Source of the DNA: Azolla caroliniana
Taxonomy: Eukaryota; Plantae; Polypodiophyta
Assembly (NCBI GenBank): GCA_043228905.1
Contig: JBHGNT010000012.1
Location: forward strand, 3,410,001 to 3,474,000
DNA: 64,000 nt
Reading direction: 5' to 3'
Made by a program: the position numbers and the translations under genes. Positions 63,035-64,000 of the stretch are shown one piece after another (positions within the stretch are counted from its first letter, which is position 1; every line of letters begins with the position of its first letter). A model generated the notes under the pieces. The model was not told where the DNA came from. It worked only from the letters and a program-made list of their open reading frames with translations, and ran no database searches.

Positions 63035-64000
63035 GAGGTCGTTGCCTCTGTTGTAACCGCCGCCTGTGGCGAAGATCTGAGAGCACGAGGTCGTTGCCTC
63101 AGTGAACTCACTGTTGTATATTCCTACATAGTGACAGTTTGCAGCCTGTGGGCTGCCGTGGTTTTTCCCCTATTTTGGGGTTTTCCACGTAAACCTCCTG
63201 TGTACCATTTCTCTCCTTTGTGTCGCGTTTCATTACCTGTTTTTCTGTGTATGAAAAGAATCTCGGTTGTGGCCGAGCGTCGGTCATAAGGAATGTCGAG
63301 TTCTCTGCAAGTGGTATCAGAGCGAAATCGACACAGAAAATGGACAAATCGTTTGGCGGCATGTTCAAGCTCACCGGCTCCAACTACTCAGTGTGGAAGT
63401 CGAAGATGAGGGACATGCTTGTGGTTAAAGACCTCTGGCTGCCGGTTCAGTTCGGGGACAAGAGACCGGACAAAATCGACGCCGCGATATGGGAGGTGAT
63501 GCACATGAAGACAACGGCGTACATACGGTGCTTCATCGACATGAGCCTGTACAACAACTTCAATGAAGAGAGCAAGGCTCATGAGCTCTGGGAGAAGATC
63601 GGCATAATGTTCCAGAACAAAAATGTTGTCAATCAGGTGTCGGTATTCCGGAAGCTAGTAAGACTCCGGTACCAAGATGGCTCCAGCATGGCGGAGCATA
63701 TGAATGCCTTCCAGGGGCTGATTCACCAGGCAACGTCATTGGAAGTACCTCTTGCCGATGAGGTCCTAGCGCTACTCCTGCTCAGTTCCCTCCCGGATAG
63801 CTGGGAGACGTTGGTTGTCACTTTGGGCAACGCCGGGCCGGAAGGAAAACGGTTATCCCTAGCAAGAGTAAAGTCGAGCTTGCTGGATGAGGAGGCTCGT
63901 CGGAAAGACAAAGATACGAGCTCCGGCTCCAAAGCGCTCCTTACCGAATCGGAACGCGGAAGACATAGAAACCGTAGTCCCCAGAACCGGGAGAAGTCGG
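62524..64000 (+). mobile_element. 5' end of a Ty1/copia element (family E), continuing beyond the window
   Basis: LTR 62524-63309 (TG..CA) with ~57-bp repeats; PBS TGGTATCAGAGC at 63312-63323. Confidence 0.93.
63340..64000 (+). CDS. gag: copia Gag, open to the window edge
   Basis: MDKSFGGMFKLTGSNYSVWKSKMRDML..LALLLLSSLPDSWETLVVTL with no stop. Confidence 0.9.
   Translation, partial: MDKSFGGMFKLTGSNYSVWKSKMRDMLVVKDLWLPVQFGDKRPDKIDAAIWEVMHMKTTAYIRCFIDMSLYNNFNEESKAHELWEKIGIMFQNKNVVNQVSVFRKLVRLRYQDGSSMAEHMNAFQGLIHQATSLEVPLADEVLALLLLSSLPDSWETLVVTLGNAGPEGKRLSLARVKSSLLDEEARRKDKDTSSGSKALLTESERGRHRNRSPQNREKS

Overview
Repeat-dense eukaryotic DNA from a land plant; a non-seed plant such as a fern is my guess from element content only. 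About 85% is nested transposons. These include several Ty1/copia elements (iMet PBS, 5-bp TSDs), a degenerate gypsy-type element, chromovirus and LINE fragments, and a Sola2-type DNA transposon (GGG..CCC TIRs, ATAG TSD) with a RING-H2 passenger gene. A group of gag-only, tRNA-Trp-primed LTR elements and solo LTRs all sit in 4-bp RCGY target sites and carry an outward-facing tRNA-like A/B-box cassette in U3. One intact host-like gene is present (PGG-domain membrane protein, 42026-43015). The most striking feature is at 56353-61769. Removing five introns and one solo LTR reconstructs a ~970-codon pseudogene that fuses a ParB/Srx-like domain to a beta-class N4-cytosine/N6-adenine DNA methyltransferase. 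It lies head-to-head with a Sola1-like DDD transposase, suggesting a plant DNA transposon that carries its own bacterial-type amino-methyltransferase. All family assignments are from motif recognition by eye; no database searches were run.
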